From: a virus
Reading direction: 5' to 3' (one strand)
Virus record (IMG/VR): IMGVR_UViG_3300032325_000464
Coordinates: 1-64,000 of that record
Length of the DNA: 64,000 nt
The notes beneath the pieces were generated by a model. That model was given only the letters and a program-made list of their open reading frames with translations, ran no database searches and had not been told where the DNA came from. Position 1 is the first letter of the stretch. Each line of letters begins with the position of its first letter. Below are positions 22,175 to 31,828 of the stretch, one piece after another. The position numbers and the translations under genes were made by a program.

Positions 22175-22486
22175 CTATTTAATAGATGTTGGAAGAAATG
22201 CTGTGTTTCCAGATGCCTCTTCAACAATCTTATATACTGTTGGCAAGTCAAGAATTTCTTCTAGCTTTGCCCTATCTTTTGCAAGATCGGGGTTAAATTG
22301 CTCCATAGCAATCATCACGCAATCCAGTAGTAAGTCCATGGACTTGTCGTTGTCTTCTGCCACATCTTGAATCGCAACAAACTTTTTCATAAATGTTCTT
22401 AGTAGCGAAATCTTTAGTGGTCTAACTGTTAAATCTGTTCCATCAAGTAGTTTAATTACTTTTTCTTCACTTATTGTAGTTGCCAT
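22175..22486 (-). CDS. Tail assembly chaperone (short, G-like)
   Basis: Between major tail and TMP; paralogous to the N-terminus of the neighbouring gene. Confidence 0.7.
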   Translation of the reverse strand: MATTISEEKVIKLLDGTDLTVRPLKISLLRTFMKKFVAIQDVAEDNDKSMDLLLDCVMIAMEQFNPDLAKDRAKLEEILDLPTVYKIVEEASGNTAFLPTSIK

Positions 22487-22522
22487 TATTATTTTCCTCT
22501 CGATAATGCTTGTTTAATTATA

Positions 22523-23230
22523 TCACAGGGGCTTTTGTTTTTTCTCAATTTTTTCATAGCCAAGCCCCATGCCAATTCCGAATCCAGCCTTGGCAGCATT
22601 AACACCTTGAAGAGCTGTAATGTCATTGGGGTTACTCGTTCCTCCGCCAGAAAATACCCTGGCCTTCATCTTTTCCCAAGCATCGGAATTGTTTTTGCCA
22701 GAATGCTTGTCAAGATCTATCCCCTGAATAGATGCCTGAAACTTTTTATCTGAGTATTCTAGCTCTCTTTTTGCAGTTAGTGTTGCAGTTAACTCTGACA
22801 TAGAAAGCGACATCTCTAGGTCCTCGTAGTCTTTCCAAATGCCAAGCAAAAATACCTCTGACTCTAACTTTGCTAAGTCTAGGTCATCCCAAGAAGCCCC
22901 ACTATCTTCTGCCTGTTTCTTTACAGTTTCTTCAGTTTTTTCTTGATTTATTTTAATACCAGCTGCAATGTTAATTATTTTATATATGGTCTGAAGATCA
23001 AAACTGTCGCCTACATCATCTATTGTTTTTATTTCTGGATAATACTGTTGCATAGCTATTCTTGTGCAATAAAGCAATCTTTCTATAGCGCCGTCATCAT
23101 CTTTAGCTAATTTAACAGTTTCAAATTCTTCTAAGAACATCCTTAGATATTTTATCTTTAGAGGGGTTATGTATATCTCTACCCCGTCTATAGTCTTTAT
23201 GACTTCAGAATCATATATTTTAGTGGCCAT
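22523..23230 (-). CDS. Tail assembly chaperone (long, GT-like)
   Basis: Position after major tail; G-like N-half plus extension. Confidence 0.7.
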   Translation of the reverse strand: MATKIYDSEVIKTIDGVEIYITPLKIKYLRMFLEEFETVKLAKDDDGAIERLLYCTRIAMQQYYPEIKTIDDVGDSFDLQTIYKIINIAAGIKINQEKTEETVKKQAEDSGASWDDLDLAKLESEVFLLGIWKDYEDLEMSLSMSELTATLTAKRELEYSDKKFQASIQGIDLDKHSGKNNSDAWEKMKARVFSGGGTSNPNDITALQGVNAAKAGFGIGMGLGYEKIEKKQKPL

Positions 23231-23250
23231 CTTATAAGTATACCAAATAC

Positions 23251-23283
23251 AAAACCGCCCAGCTATTAAACTGGACGGTTCTG
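23251..23283 (-). terminator. Terminator after major tail gene
   Basis: AACCG(C)CCAG...CTGGACGGTT hairpin with T tract on minus strand. Confidence 0.6.
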
Positions 23284-23305
23284 CTATTAAGTTATTATTT
23301 AGTTA

Positions 23306-23950
23306 TTACGATACTAATGATAGGGTACGATCTACGATCTTACCGTATGATGCATCGTCGTTTGGTAGTAGACGGAATGAGACCTCAAACATTGTTGCCT
23401 CATCGCGCTTTGCTGATACTGTAACGCTCTCGATTGAAAGTGCACGGTATGCAACATAGATACGCTCTAGTGAGCTTCCTACTGCACAGTCACCTGTACC
23501 TGGACCAACTGCAACTAGACCACGCTCAACTGGACATTCTCCAATGTCACCAGCTGAAAGATTTAGGGCTGGGTTACCAGCACCGAAAGATCCATTTGGA
23601 ACGTTTGCTAGATCTGAGTCCTTGCCTGCAAGAGAGAACAGCAAGTTCTCTAGTGTAGATTCAGCAAATGTAGTATTCAGGTTAACCTGCATACCTTGCT
23701 TGTATAGCTTGGCTACGTCTAGAACCTGATCGACCTGTACCTCACCAAAATCAGGCTGGAACTGAATCTCCAGACCGTTCATGGTGTATCCGACGTTGCG
23801 GAAGTCTGCATCTGCTGACAAGGTTGTCTTGTAAGATACATCTTCAACTAGCGTTGGTAGGTCTGCATCTGTTAGCGTACCTGCCTCATATGTCCATAGT
23901 GCTGCTGCTCCAACAATAATGTTAGAACTTGAACCACGTGTATATGCCAT
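23306..23950 (-). CDS. Major tail tube protein
   Basis: NIIVGAA, VGYTMNG, ESTLENL, strong RBS, own promoter and terminator. Confidence 0.85.
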   Translation of the reverse strand: MAYTRGSSSNIIVGAAALWTYEAGTLTDADLPTLVEDVSYKTTLSADADFRNVGYTMNGLEIQFQPDFGEVQVDQVLDVAKLYKQGMQVNLNTTFAESTLENLLFSLAGKDSDLANVPNGSFGAGNPALNLSAGDIGECPVERGLVAVGPGTGDCAVGSSLERIYVAYRALSIESVTVSAKRDEATMFEVSFRLLPNDDASYGKIVDRTLSLVS

Positions 23951-24021
23951 AATTATTTCACCTCTTTTTCTTTAGAATAATAGGCGTGTTTCCTCAATTA
24001 TAAGTATACCAGCCTTTATTG

Positions 24022-24663
24022 CTATAGTGTCGTTCCGTTATATGTTTCTGTCGGAACTGGAATGTCGTTGTTTTGATTATTATCGTTATTGAGGGCTGTA
24101 GCCTCATCCCTGGCTGCTTTATTATATCCGACTGTGTGATAGCAATAATCAATAATTATCTTATTTCCAGCAAAGGTTCTTGCTGTTCCAAAATCAATAA
24201 TGTCCCTGGTTTCTTCTAGCTGATAGATTTTTATATCGTGAAAGTATACTAACGGGTACTGGTCGCCCCTGTCGTCCAGTAGTGGATTTGCTGAAGCTTG
24301 TTTATTTTTAATCCATTCGTTTACCTCTTGGGCTGACTCATCTCCACGATCTAAAAGATCCTGGACAATCTGTGAGGTTTCAATTAGGGCCACTGGGTCG
24401 CCGTGCATTTTATAAAAATAGTACAGTAGCTGCTCATCTTTAATATGAGGAAATGCACGTCTTCTCATCTTAAACATTCTGTCATATACCGCAAAAACAT
24501 CATTTGCAACATCTGGAAATGTTTCTGTCAATGAGTTTATGTCTGTAGGAAGTGTAGGGAAAAACCTCATTGTATCTTTTGAAAATCTACCAGAGCCCAA
24601 GGCTGCTGGAACCTTCTCTGATAAATAAGCATTTATAAAAATTGGTGGGTATGAAATTGCCAT
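24022..24663 (-). CDS. Putative tail terminator/completion protein
   Basis: Synteny upstream of major tail. Confidence 0.5.
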   Translation of the reverse strand: MAISYPPIFINAYLSEKVPAALGSGRFSKDTMRFFPTLPTDINSLTETFPDVANDVFAVYDRMFKMRRRAFPHIKDEQLLYYFYKMHGDPVALIETSQIVQDLLDRGDESAQEVNEWIKNKQASANPLLDDRGDQYPLVYFHDIKIYQLEETRDIIDFGTARTFAGNKIIIDYCYHTVGYNKAARDEATALNNDNNQNNDIPVPTETYNGTTL

Positions 24664-24664
24664 G

Positions 24665-25336
24665 TTAAATTATACCAGCCTTTGCAATCCACTGTTTCCC
24701 AATAGAAATGCCAAGGGCACGTCCTCCAGACTTACCCTTAGAAAAGTTCTTTTTAAAATCTGTTGGATTTTCTAAATATGATAAAATACCAGTTGATGCT
24801 AAAAATGATTGCTTAAAGTAAAGATTAAAAAAGCTATCAAATACTCTTTCGTACTCGCCCTGTACATTACCTCCAGGGTTTGTTACAGTAACTGGTGAAG
24901 AGGTAAAAACATCTTCTCCGTCAACATTAAAGGCTAAAACTCTATTTTTAGGAACTATTGTTACTGGAATTCCGTTTTCCATAATTCTAGCCTTATCGTA
25001 AAAAGGAACTCTAGAACCATCCTTAATACTTCTTGACTGTTTAAATTTTGAATCAAAAGATAGCCCAACTCCGTTTACGGCATATCTAATATCAAACAGT
25101 CTTGCCTCTGGAGACCCTGTCTGATTCCATTCATAAACATGGTGCAATAATTCTGAAGAGACTCTGGCGTTAGAATCAATATAGTGTTTTAGTGATTCTA
25201 GAACTGTAAGACCAAAGCCCTTTAAAAACACTCCCTGTCCCTGCTCTACTCCAGTCAAAAACCCCACACTATAACCCATAAGGTTATTCATCTGTTTTTG
25301 AAATTTCTTGTTATTTACTTTAATTGAAATCATCAC
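24665..25336 (-). CDS. Putative neck/tail completion protein
   Basis: Synteny; ARIMENGIPVTIVPK motif. Confidence 0.5.
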   Translation of the reverse strand: MMISIKVNNKKFQKQMNNLMGYSVGFLTGVEQGQGVFLKGFGLTVLESLKHYIDSNARVSSELLHHVYEWNQTGSPEARLFDIRYAVNGVGLSFDSKFKQSRSIKDGSRVPFYDKARIMENGIPVTIVPKNRVLAFNVDGEDVFTSSPVTVTNPGGNVQGEYERVFDSFFNLYFKQSFLASTGILSYLENPTDFKKNFSKGKSGGRALGISIGKQWIAKAGII

Positions 25337-25782
25337 ACATCTGCTGACTGGTTTTCTGATCTGCGCAAAATAACCTTATAATATTCTACAGCTCCAAATG
25401 GTCCAACAAATGGCTCTACTGTCGCCACCTCAAAAATTGTTGCTTTCCCAGATCTTGGACCAGAAGTCTCAATATAGACCTGCTCGGAGTTTCGATCTTT
25501 AATATTGCTTACAACAATATTAGTAATGGCATTTTTTGCATTTTTAGAAGATATTCTAATGTCTGTTTTAAGTCTTCCAAGCAATATCGATTCTTGGGTG
25601 ATATTTACATTTGGAGTAACTTCTTCTTTAAAGGCAGATCCAGCATGAACTAGAGAACAAGCTATCGTTCTATCGTGAATCCACTGTTTCACAATGTTTC
25701 CCAACGAGCCCTGCTCTACAATTGGGTAAAAAACGTCTGCACACATTGGAAAAGTAAAATCTGTTGTCTCATAAACAGTCAT
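25333..25782 (-). CDS. Putative head closure protein
   Basis: Synteny and size. Confidence 0.5.
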   Translation of the reverse strand: MTVYETTDFTFPMCADVFYPIVEQGSLGNIVKQWIHDRTIACSLVHAGSAFKEEVTPNVNITQESILLGRLKTDIRISSKNAKNAITNIVVSNIKDRNSEQVYIETSGPRSGKATIFEVATVEPFVGPFGAVEYYKVILRRSENQSADV

Positions 25783-26696
25783 TATAATACTCCGACTTTA
25801 GTAATAGACTTGGCATACTTATTAAGTACCTTGTCCACTATTACGTTTCCTGTTCCGCTTAAGATGCTTTTATCAAATTGAATTCTAAACTGATCAGTAT
25901 TGTAGGATGTTACATAGCGCTGATAGTAGTCAAGTCTGCCGCATTTTAGGTCATCGATTAGCATCTCTGCTGCATGCTTGATGTCTGATGGAAGTCTTAC
26001 AAATCCTTCATCTAAAATAAAATTATAGTTATATCTTTCTGGGAATGAGCCGTAATTGTATACCCCACTTGCAATGTCACCACTGGAGGCTGGAAGCTTG
26101 ATTGTTGGGGATGCTATTCTATTTACCTCTCCAGACTCTACCCTATAAATAGCAGACTTGTCTAGAGTTATTTGAAACACATACTCATAGTCTTCTGGAT
26201 TTTCAGCGTCATAAATAAGAACATCATTTTCATACACCTTTAACACAGAGTTAGCATTTAGCCATACTGGGACATAGTCTGCGCCAGTCCCCTTTGTCTC
26301 TAAAGATCTTTTACGATTATAAAACTCTACTGGGCTAGAATAGTTGTCGATAATAGCTCTAGCTATTAGCTCCCACTTTTTATACTCTGCAATTTCAGAT
26401 GCTGTTGTCCCAAGTGTATTTGGATTTACATATGGTCGTACAATGTCATAGGTTTCTGAGAATATCGACACGCCATTTCTAGATAGGTCTACTAGATAAG
26501 AGTTATCATAGTTTTTATTTAGGTAAAATGTTAGGTCGGAACCGCCAGAAGTTTGAACCTCTAGGGTAGAAATTGAGAGGTCGCCAAGGTCAGTAATAGA
26601 CAAGATATGCTCAGACTGTGCGTGGGCCCCTGGTACTTCAATGGTTACCCCAATTCCAGCTGTGGTAATGTTCTCAGCAACTCTCAAAATTTCCAT
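25782..26696 (-). CDS. Head-tail adaptor (start probably MEILRV at 26696)
   Basis: ARAIIDNY..GF..LPSDIKHAAEMLI..VDKVLNKY adaptor pattern. Confidence 0.65.
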   Translation of the reverse strand: MEILRVAENITTAGIGVTIEVPGAHAQSEHILSITDLGDLSISTLEVQTSGGSDLTFYLNKNYDNSYLVDLSRNGVSIFSETYDIVRPYVNPNTLGTTASEIAEYKKWELIARAIIDNYSSPVEFYNRKRSLETKGTGADYVPVWLNANSVLKVYENDVLIYDAENPEDYEYVFQITLDKSAIYRVESGEVNRIASPTIKLPASSGDIASGVYNYGSFPERYNYNFILDEGFVRLPSDIKHAAEMLIDDLKCGRLDYYQRYVTSYNTDQFRIQFDKSILSGTGNVIVDKVLNKYAKSITKVGVL

Positions 26697-26697
26697 A

Positions 26698-27171
26698 TTA
26701 CTTACCGTACTCCCTGGCAACCTCTTCTGGGGTTGCAATACGGATATGGTCACGCTTGGCCCACTTGTCAGCGGCCTCTTTGGTTACAATATTATAGCCG
26801 ATATATACTTTTCCAACACCGCTCCAGGTTACGTTGCGTGTTGAATGAACAGCAACGGTGTCCTTCTTATTTTCTTTATTTGGTGTTGCAGCCTTTTGTT
26901 TACTGGCTGCTGAAGAAACAGTAGTAGAGCCCATAGCTCCATTTCCAACAAAACCCAAAGCTGGTTTTTCTTCTGCTGGTTTGGGTGAGGTAATCAAAGA
27001 CTCAGTCTTTGCCTCTTTTTCTTCAGTCAAGTCTTTCACTGAATCTTTATACTTTTCAACCAATTCATTTATGGCATCCCTATTATTATCTATGTACTCT
27101 TTTGAGATAACTGGCTCTCCAGGCTGCAAAGTTGCTAGTGTAATATTTTCGTTATTTGTATTTTCAAACAT
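26698..27171 (-). CDS. Hypothetical head-associated protein
   Basis: AGGAGG RBS; follows capsid; RIATPEEV. Confidence 0.65.
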   Translation of the reverse strand: MFENTNNENITLATLQPGEPVISKEYIDNNRDAINELVEKYKDSVKDLTEEKEAKTESLITSPKPAEEKPALGFVGNGAMGSTTVSSAASKQKAATPNKENKKDTVAVHSTRNVTWSGVGKVYIGYNIVTKEAADKWAKRDHIRIATPEEVAREYGK

Positions 27172-27206
27172 AATAACCTCCTAAACTATAATTATAACAG
27201 ATATTG

Positions 27207-27243
27207 AAAAAGAGGGCAGGAGCCGAAACCCCTGCCCCCTCTA
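27207..27243 (-). terminator. Terminator after major capsid gene
   Basis: AGAGGG(G)GCAGG..CCTGCCCTCT-TTTT. Confidence 0.75.
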
Positions 27244-27259
27244 AAGGTCAAGCTAAGAT

Positions 27260-28411
27260 TTATGAATCTGAGCTGTCTGAGTCAGCGAATGCAATTGCAT
27301 CCTCTTCTTCCCACTGAACGCCGAATCTTACGAATACGGTGTACTCAATGGTGTCCTTCTTTGGCTTGTACTCACGGTTTACTGTGATGTCGCGCTGGAA
27401 TCCCCAGATACGGTTCTGTGGGAATGTAAGGTCTACATATCCTGCAGGGAAATAAGGAACTTCCTGAACATCAACGCCTAGAACACGTGTTGTACGTGCT
27501 CCACCGAATGTCTGACCGACACCGTCAAGGTAGTCCTGACGGTTAGCCTGAGTTGATCCTGGAGTCATTCCTGCGAATGCCTCAGCAACAGCGTCAGCTA
27601 GGGTACCATTGTGCTTAACAATGCCCTGGAATGCATCAGTACCTGCGTAGAACTTAAGGTTGTTCTTAAGTGCGCGGTACTTACGAGGCATAGCCAAGAT
27701 AATGTTCTGCATAACATCTGGAGTCCAAGCGTTGTCAGTTACTGTAACAACTGACTCGTGTGCATCTCCAGTCTTTGCTCGGTTAACGAAACCCTGCAAG
27801 ATAGATAGGAATGCATCTGAACCTGTACCAGTACCGTTGATCGCTAGATCTTCGATGTCATTAGCAAAAGCGTTTGTCATCAAACGTACTAGGTGGTCTT
27901 CAAGTGCACCTCCTTCAATTCCATCTTCAAGTGCTTCAGCAGTTACTTCCCAGTCAAGACGAATCTTCTTGGTAGTAAGCTCAACCTTTGTAAACTGAGC
28001 TCCTGCGTTAGAGTAGTCTCCAACAGCCTGTGTGGCCGCACGGATAACACGCTCTCCGACATTAACCTTCTCAAGTTCCATGGTGTTGGCTCGCATTGTT
28101 ACTCTGCGTCCATCCTTGGCGAGAACTGTGGCATCCCACACGTAGTCAATAAAACGACGTGCTTGCTCTGGGCGTAGGATACCTGAACCTGCATCACCTG
28201 AAGGGTTAATAGCATTAGCCCCATTAGTATTGCCAAGGTAGGCATTGTCAATGTTTCCAAGAACACCAGCTGTGGTGTAGTTTCCTGGAATGTTCTGGCC
28301 AGCCTCTGACCCAGACGCAAATGATCCCTGGCCCTGATATAGACCTGGAGTAGTTCCGCCTAGCTCACCAGCCTCGCCTGGCTGATTTTTAATAATTTCT
28401 TGTTCCGACAT
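27260..28411 (-). CDS. Major capsid protein (HK97 fold)
   Basis: GILRPEQARRFID, EALEDGIEG, NDIEDLAING, REYKPKKD; AGGAGGTG RBS before MSEQ. Confidence 0.92.
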   Translation of the reverse strand: MSEQEIIKNQPGEAGELGGTTPGLYQGQGSFASGSEAGQNIPGNYTTAGVLGNIDNAYLGNTNGANAINPSGDAGSGILRPEQARRFIDYVWDATVLAKDGRRVTMRANTMELEKVNVGERVIRAATQAVGDYSNAGAQFTKVELTTKKIRLDWEVTAEALEDGIEGGALEDHLVRLMTNAFANDIEDLAINGTGTGSDAFLSILQGFVNRAKTGDAHESVVTVTDNAWTPDVMQNIILAMPRKYRALKNNLKFYAGTDAFQGIVKHNGTLADAVAEAFAGMTPGSTQANRQDYLDGVGQTFGGARTTRVLGVDVQEVPYFPAGYVDLTFPQNRIWGFQRDITVNREYKPKKDTIEYTVFVRFGVQWEEEDAIAFADSDSSDS

Positions 28412-28437
28412 AATTGTCACCTCCTAAGTGATTTTGT

Positions 28438-28995
28438 TTATTTGAATAAATCGGCAGTTTTGAGGAAACGTCCGCCCCATAGGGATTTCTCAACCTGTTC
28501 TGGCTGAGTTTCCTGAATGATCTCGCCTAGATCACCAGACTTGCGGAAAGCTGTATCTGCCTCTACGGCGTCTACTCTCTTTCCAAACTCGTTAAATACG
28601 TCCTTGCTTGCAGTTACCTCATTTTTTACTGCTGCAATAGACTTGTGTAGTTCTGAAATTTGCTCTGCTTGTGCACGAACAACTTCAGTTAGATCGCTAA
28701 AGGCTTTTGTAACAACATCCTTAACATCTGCAATAGATGCCTCAAGGGTGTTGTCTGACTTAGACACTTCTTCCTCCGCAGCCTCTTCCTTCATGTCGTC
28801 AGACTTTAGAGTTTCCTCGTCATCTTCGTCCATGTCGTCAGACTTCTTTTCTTCCTTCATAGACTTTTCTTTCTCGTCCATGTCGTAAGACTTTTCTACT
28901 GCATCTTCGTTTGTAGCATCTGCCTCTGGAGCGACCTGTGATTCTTCAACCACATCATCAGACTTTTCTGTGATGTCATTTGTTGTTTCAGTCAT
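28438..28995 (-). CDS. Nested scaffold protein (internal in-frame start)
   Basis: AAGGAGGT RBS at 29003-29010 before in-frame ATG (MTETTNDIT). Confidence 0.65.
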   Translation of the reverse strand: MTETTNDITEKSDDVVEESQVAPEADATNEDAVEKSYDMDEKEKSMKEEKKSDDMDEDDEETLKSDDMKEEAAEEEVSKSDNTLEASIADVKDVVTKAFSDLTEVVRAQAEQISELHKSIAAVKNEVTASKDVFNEFGKRVDAVEADTAFRKSGDLGEIIQETQPEQVEKSLWGGRFLKTADLFK

Positions 28996-29751
28996 AAGAC
29001 CTACCTCCTTGTTAATCTCAGTCTTAATGCCTTTAGCACTATCAACCAAGAACTTTATCATATCTGTTTTTTCGTTATCTGATTTTTCAACGAAACCTAT
29101 ATTTTGCATTGGGGCTCCTGAAGTAGGGCTTACCTCTACTTCTTTTTCAGAAAGCATTATAATTTGAGACTCTGGATCCCAAAAAACGTTTTCAATTTCT
29201 GTATTTACGCCATCACCTTTGATAACGTCTACTCCATCTACTTTTTCAACAGACAAAATGTTCGCAAATTGGTTTGCTGGGGTATCTACCAGGGAAAGTT
29301 CCACTAGATCATACTCCTTAATAATGCGAATTGTAGAGTCCATTTTTTCATCATATGCGTCATCCCACTTGTTCATCTTGCCGCCAATAGAAAAACCTGA
29401 AAGAGTTCCATCTAGAACCTTTTCCCAGGTATCTTGTGCGCCTTTTGAAACATATGCAGACACATAGACTCCGCTGTAAAACTTTTTTGTTTCAGGATCA
29501 AAATACTTGTCTTCTTTGAACGCTACCATTTTACCAACGGCTAGTGGTTGGTGCATCTCACGGATATTGCCACGAAACTTTGAGAATGCCTTTACGGATG
29601 CCTCAGTTGTGACGATATCTTTTTGACGATCAACGTTGTCAAGTGTGGCAAACCCAGAAACGATACGACGTTCCTTGTCTACTTTAGAGAATGGCATAGA
29701 GAGGCGAACGTTGTCGCCCTCTGAATTCCAATGTGCTTTTGCTATAGTCAT
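28438..29751 (-). CDS. Prohead protease fused to scaffold
   Basis: RIVSGFAT, IREMH, GFSIGG, ELSLVDTPAN followed by an acidic coiled coil. Confidence 0.9.
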   Translation of the reverse strand: MTIAKAHWNSEGDNVRLSMPFSKVDKERRIVSGFATLDNVDRQKDIVTTEASVKAFSKFRGNIREMHQPLAVGKMVAFKEDKYFDPETKKFYSGVYVSAYVSKGAQDTWEKVLDGTLSGFSIGGKMNKWDDAYDEKMDSTIRIIKEYDLVELSLVDTPANQFANILSVEKVDGVDVIKGDGVNTEIENVFWDPESQIIMLSEKEVEVSPTSGAPMQNIGFVEKSDNEKTDMIKFLVDSAKGIKTEINKEVGLMTETTNDITEKSDDVVEESQVAPEADATNEDAVEKSYDMDEKEKSMKEEKKSDDMDEDDEETLKSDDMKEEAAEEEVSKSDNTLEASIADVKDVVTKAFSDLTEVVRAQAEQISELHKSIAAVKNEVTASKDVFNEFGKRVDAVEADTAFRKSGDLGEIIQETQPEQVEKSLWGGRFLKTADLFK

Positions 29752-29807
29752 GGTACTTTAATTATACCCCCGTTTTAATAACATGTTAATAACTATGTTA
29801 ATAACTT

Positions 29808-31433
29808 TTATTGTGAGGATCTTCCCTCTCCTTGAGCATTGCGCCCAGAGATGGTGGCAGTATTGTCAGAGGAGTTGTTTGCTCTCTCTGAATCCCTAGT
29901 TTTATTGCCAGCCATGTTACCCTTGGCATCAGCAGCGGCCCTAGCATTAAGCTCTAGAGGCTCATCGCCATCTGGTCTTTGAGGTAGTCCAAGGATTGTT
30001 CTAGCCTCATTAGGAACCATAATCTGATTCTTTACGTAACGCTCTAGAATTTGAGATTGTGCAATCTCGTCAGTAAGTGTGAGCTCATTAAATTTAAGCT
30101 CAAGAAGATCTGTCTTTTCTTTAATAATTTTGCTCAAAAGCTTCTCAATGTTTCTTTGAGCTGGCCTAGCAACCTGCTCCTTAAAAGTACGATCCTGTGC
30201 TAGAGCAGCAGCAATAGCAGAAGAATCTCCACCACCAATCTTAGATAGTGGAACTTGGTGAGCAACAAGAATGTCATCACGATTACGGATGCGGTAATCA
30301 TTGAAAGACGCCTCTTGAACACCATTTTCAATTGGTTCCATCTTAAACTCAACCTTGTTTGTATCTGAGTCTGCTGGCAAAGGAATATATAGTGTTCTAT
30401 GGTTTTGGCCTTTTAGGCTAGTTTGCAAGAAGCGGAACATCTTGTCCTCTGCCTCTTCAGAAAGCTTTGCACCCTTTAGGGTTACTACATACCTAGGCAC
30501 TGCCTTGTTTCCAAAGAAGTCAATGTTATATTGTGATGCTAGCTGGTCTCCATGTAAGGCTGAGATTGCCGACATAATGTCTGGAACGCCGTAAAAAGTG
30601 TTTAGTGGGGAGTATTCCTTAAAGTGAATAATCTCGTTTGGCCTATTATCTGTTGTTAGTGGGTTTTGGTTTTTTGCCCCAAAGTTTCTAAAGTAAACAA
30701 CTTTCTGACCAATAATCTGTACATATCCATCACGCAATCTACGTGCTCGCATAGTTGTTGAAGGAATGTGCCCTAGATATCCAATCTCTCCAGCAGTAGT
30801 TCTACCAATTTCTAGATAACCATTTCCCGTGGCCTGTACATCAGTATATACCTTTTCCATCGTTAGGTTAAATGAATCATCATCATTTAAGCTTTCTAGC
30901 CAATCCTTTAACTCTACTTTTGCGCGTTCAATACGCTTTCTAGCCTTATCGGTTGCTGACTCATTGGTAGATGCCTCGATAGCCATAAGAGTTTTTTGTG
31001 TTGGCTTAAACTCATAGCCTAGCCCAACAATGTTTTCAACTTTTGCATCGATGGCAGCGTGATTAGCAAATGAGGTGTCATAATAGTTTGCAAGCTCGTA
31101 AAGGTTCCATGGTGGGGTAATAACATCGAATAGTCCGTAGCCATTGCGATATACAACGCCAGGGTTGATTTCTTTTGAATATGCCCCGTTTATTCCACGG
31201 CTAGTGGTCAATGCGCTATCTTGGTATTCTGGCCTTGTCGTGTCTACATTGTTTCCTATGGCTGATATGTCTGCCTTAGAGATGCGATCTGATCTGCGCT
31301 TAAAGTTTTTTTCTAAACCAGACAAGGACTTCAAATCATCCCAGGTTTTTGCAAATGGGTCTTGATCCTTAAAAATGTTGTTTTCTAGCTCCAACCTATC
31401 AAGGCCGAGGTCTCTAATATACTGTTCTGACAT
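29808..31433 (-). CDS. Portal protein
   Basis: GNGYLE, EIIHFK, YGVPD, FFGNKAVP, HQVP, PNEARTILGL. Confidence 0.93.
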   Translation of the reverse strand: MSEQYIRDLGLDRLELENNIFKDQDPFAKTWDDLKSLSGLEKNFKRRSDRISKADISAIGNNVDTTRPEYQDSALTTSRGINGAYSKEINPGVVYRNGYGLFDVITPPWNLYELANYYDTSFANHAAIDAKVENIVGLGYEFKPTQKTLMAIEASTNESATDKARKRIERAKVELKDWLESLNDDDSFNLTMEKVYTDVQATGNGYLEIGRTTAGEIGYLGHIPSTTMRARRLRDGYVQIIGQKVVYFRNFGAKNQNPLTTDNRPNEIIHFKEYSPLNTFYGVPDIMSAISALHGDQLASQYNIDFFGNKAVPRYVVTLKGAKLSEEAEDKMFRFLQTSLKGQNHRTLYIPLPADSDTNKVEFKMEPIENGVQEASFNDYRIRNRDDILVAHQVPLSKIGGGDSSAIAAALAQDRTFKEQVARPAQRNIEKLLSKIIKEKTDLLELKFNELTLTDEIAQSQILERYVKNQIMVPNEARTILGLPQRPDGDEPLELNARAAADAKGNMAGNKTRDSERANNSSDNTATISGRNAQGEGRSSQ

Positions 31434-31816
31434 TAGTCATCACTTCCATATTTAGCTAGGGTTTCTTTAGCTGCCATTACTGCACCAAGATCATTCATGC
31501 TTGGAATTAGGCCTTGCTTCATTCTGTCTAGCTGTTCGCTATACTCTTCTTCGGAAACTCTTTCTACCCCTGGCATAAACTCGTATGAGCCGTCGCCTTG
31601 GCCAAGAGCCGTAGCCTCCTGTTGCAATTTATGAATCTGAAGTGCGTCACCCCTATGGGACGGAATGTTTAGAACATTACCACTACCATCTGTAAAAGCT
31701 TTGCCGTTAGCCTTTTTCCAGAAATAAATACCCCAGTCATACTGCTTATCTAAAACTGTAAGCTTTGACTCGCCAACCTGACCAGGAACTCTAAATTTTT
31801 CATCATTCATAACCAC
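31433..31816 (-). CDS. Hypothetical protein upstream of portal
   Basis: Coupled ORF with extended -10 promoter. Confidence 0.7.
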   Translation of the reverse strand: MVMNDEKFRVPGQVGESKLTVLDKQYDWGIYFWKKANGKAFTDGSGNVLNIPSHRGDALQIHKLQQEATALGQGDGSYEFMPGVERVSEEEYSEQLDRMKQGLIPSMNDLGAVMAAKETLAKYGSDD

Positions 31817-31828
31817 CAGTATACCATA

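Noticed and set aside
22480-23000. Programmed frameshift in the tail chaperone genes
   Set aside because: The long gene is a continuous ORF and the short gene has its own promoter and RBS, so no frameshift is needed.
13844-31365. Numerous plus-strand ORFs in the track (e.g. 17432-18205)
   Set aside because: Antisense shadows of well-supported minus-strand genes, with no recognisable motifs.
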